Source of the DNA: an uncultured delta proteobacterium
Lineage (GTDB): Bacteria; Myxococcota; Myxococcia; Myxococcales; Myxococcaceae
Length of the DNA stretch: 64,000 nt
Direction: 5' to 3'
Assembly (NCBI GenBank): GCA_963771175.1
Contig: CAVYSY010000040.1
Coordinates: 96,001 to 160,000 of the forward strand
A model generated the notes under the pieces. It was given only the letters and a program-made list of their open reading frames with translations, did not search any database and had not been told where the DNA came from. Position 1 is the stretch's first letter; each line of letters opens with the position of its first letter. Shown here one piece after another: positions 63,218 through 64,000 of the stretch. A program made the position numbers and the translations under genes.

Positions 63218-63760
63218 ATGTCGCGGATGAGCGTGGTGGGGTCGGTCCTCTTGCTGTCGGGTCTCGGGTGTGGTTACCGCTTCACGTCCAGGGGCGCGGC
63301 GCTGCCCGAGGGCGTGCGCACGGTATGCGCGCCCGTCTTCACCAACAACACGTCCGAGCCGGGCTTGGAGCTGCTCTTCACCCGGGCCTTCCGCCAGGAG
63401 CTGGTGCGCGCCGGAGTGCTTGGCGGCACCGGTGCCTGCGAGGCCTCAGTGCTGGGTGTGGTGGAAGAGGTGGGGAGCGGGCCCACCATCCTCACCGAGC
63501 CTGTTTATCAGGGGAACACACGCGTCGCCGCGCCACAGCTCGCCAGCTACCGCGCCCGGGTGAGGGTGCGGTTGCGGCTGCTGAAGGACACACGGGAGCT
63601 GGCGACGACGAGTGTCGTCGGTAACGAGGACTTCCTGCCGGGCACGGCGAGCGTGTCCGGCGACGTCCTGGAAGCTGAAGCCAACCGGCAGGCCGCGCTT
63701 CACCGTCTCTCGGAGACGTTGATGCGCGAGGGGTACGACCGGTTGGCAAGCAACTGGTGA
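63218..63760 (+). CDS. lptE: LPS assembly lipoprotein LptE
   Basis: LG-CGYRF lipobox, PVFTNNTSEPGLE; leuS-lptE-rpsT context. Confidence 0.8.
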   Translation: MSRMSVVGSVLLLSGLGCGYRFTSRGAALPEGVRTVCAPVFTNNTSEPGLELLFTRAFRQELVRAGVLGGTGACEASVLGVVEEVGSGPTILTEPVYQGNTRVAAPQLASYRARVRVRLRLLKDTRELATTSVVGNEDFLPGTASVSGDVLEAEANRQAALHRLSETLMREGYDRLASNW

Positions 63761-63771
63761 GACGACCGCGA

Positions 63772-64000
63772 TTACTTCGCGGCGGCCTTGGCGCGGTTCG
63801 CGGCCTTGGCGAGCCGGGAGCTGCGGCGCGAGGCGGCGCGCTTGTGGATGACGCCCTTGGAGGCGGCCTTGTCGATGGTGCGGATGGCGGCCTTGAGGGC
63901 CTCGCCGGACTTCGCCGCATCCTTGGTGGTGAGGGTCTCGCGCAGTCCCTTCACGGCATCCTTCACCGTGTTGCGGACGTTGACATTGCGCGCGCGGCGC
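63772..64000 (-). CDS. rpsT: 30S ribosomal protein S20 (5' end outside window)
   Basis: RRARNVNVRNTVKDAVK...IDKAASKGVIHKRAASRR. Confidence 0.93.
   Translation of the reverse strand, partial: RRARNVNVRNTVKDAVKGLRETLTTKDAAKSGEALKAAIRTIDKAASKGVIHKRAASRRSSRLAKAANRAKAAAK

Overview
High-GC myxobacterial chromosome segment (gene content and order resemble Archangium/Cystobacter/Myxococcus; inferred). The conserved backbone is phoR/phoB-like two-component genes, yceD, rpmF, plsX-fabH-fabD-fabG-acpP-fabF, rpiB-glyA-nrdR-ribD, ribE-ribB(A/X)-ribH-nusB, an MCP-less chemosensory cluster (cheY-cheA-cheW-cheW-HEAT-cheR-cheB, plus a distal cheY), leuS, lptE and rpsT. Accessory blocks interrupt it at about 1.3-3.5 kb, 5.7-20.3 kb, 29.8-36.5 kb and 47.7-57.2 kb. 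The standout is a tightly coupled operon at 12542-20290 that looks like a complete trans-envelope electron conduit. It encodes a membrane-anchored, circularly permuted FAD/NAD(P)H oxidoreductase with two atypical Fe-S motifs, apparently fused to a bis-His-pair (ferric-reductase/NOX-like) membrane domain. Three multiheme c-type cytochromes follow (20, 10 and 11+1 heme motifs, the last a lipoprotein), then an outer-membrane beta-barrel. Also present are two putative lipoprotein toxin/immunity pairs, a secreted PLC/P1-nuclease-like protein, a regularly spaced palindrome array and a long G-U-compatible hairpin. Single-base frameshifts also hit essential genes (fabG, fabF, leuS), so they are most likely sequencing or assembly errors rather than pseudogenisation.
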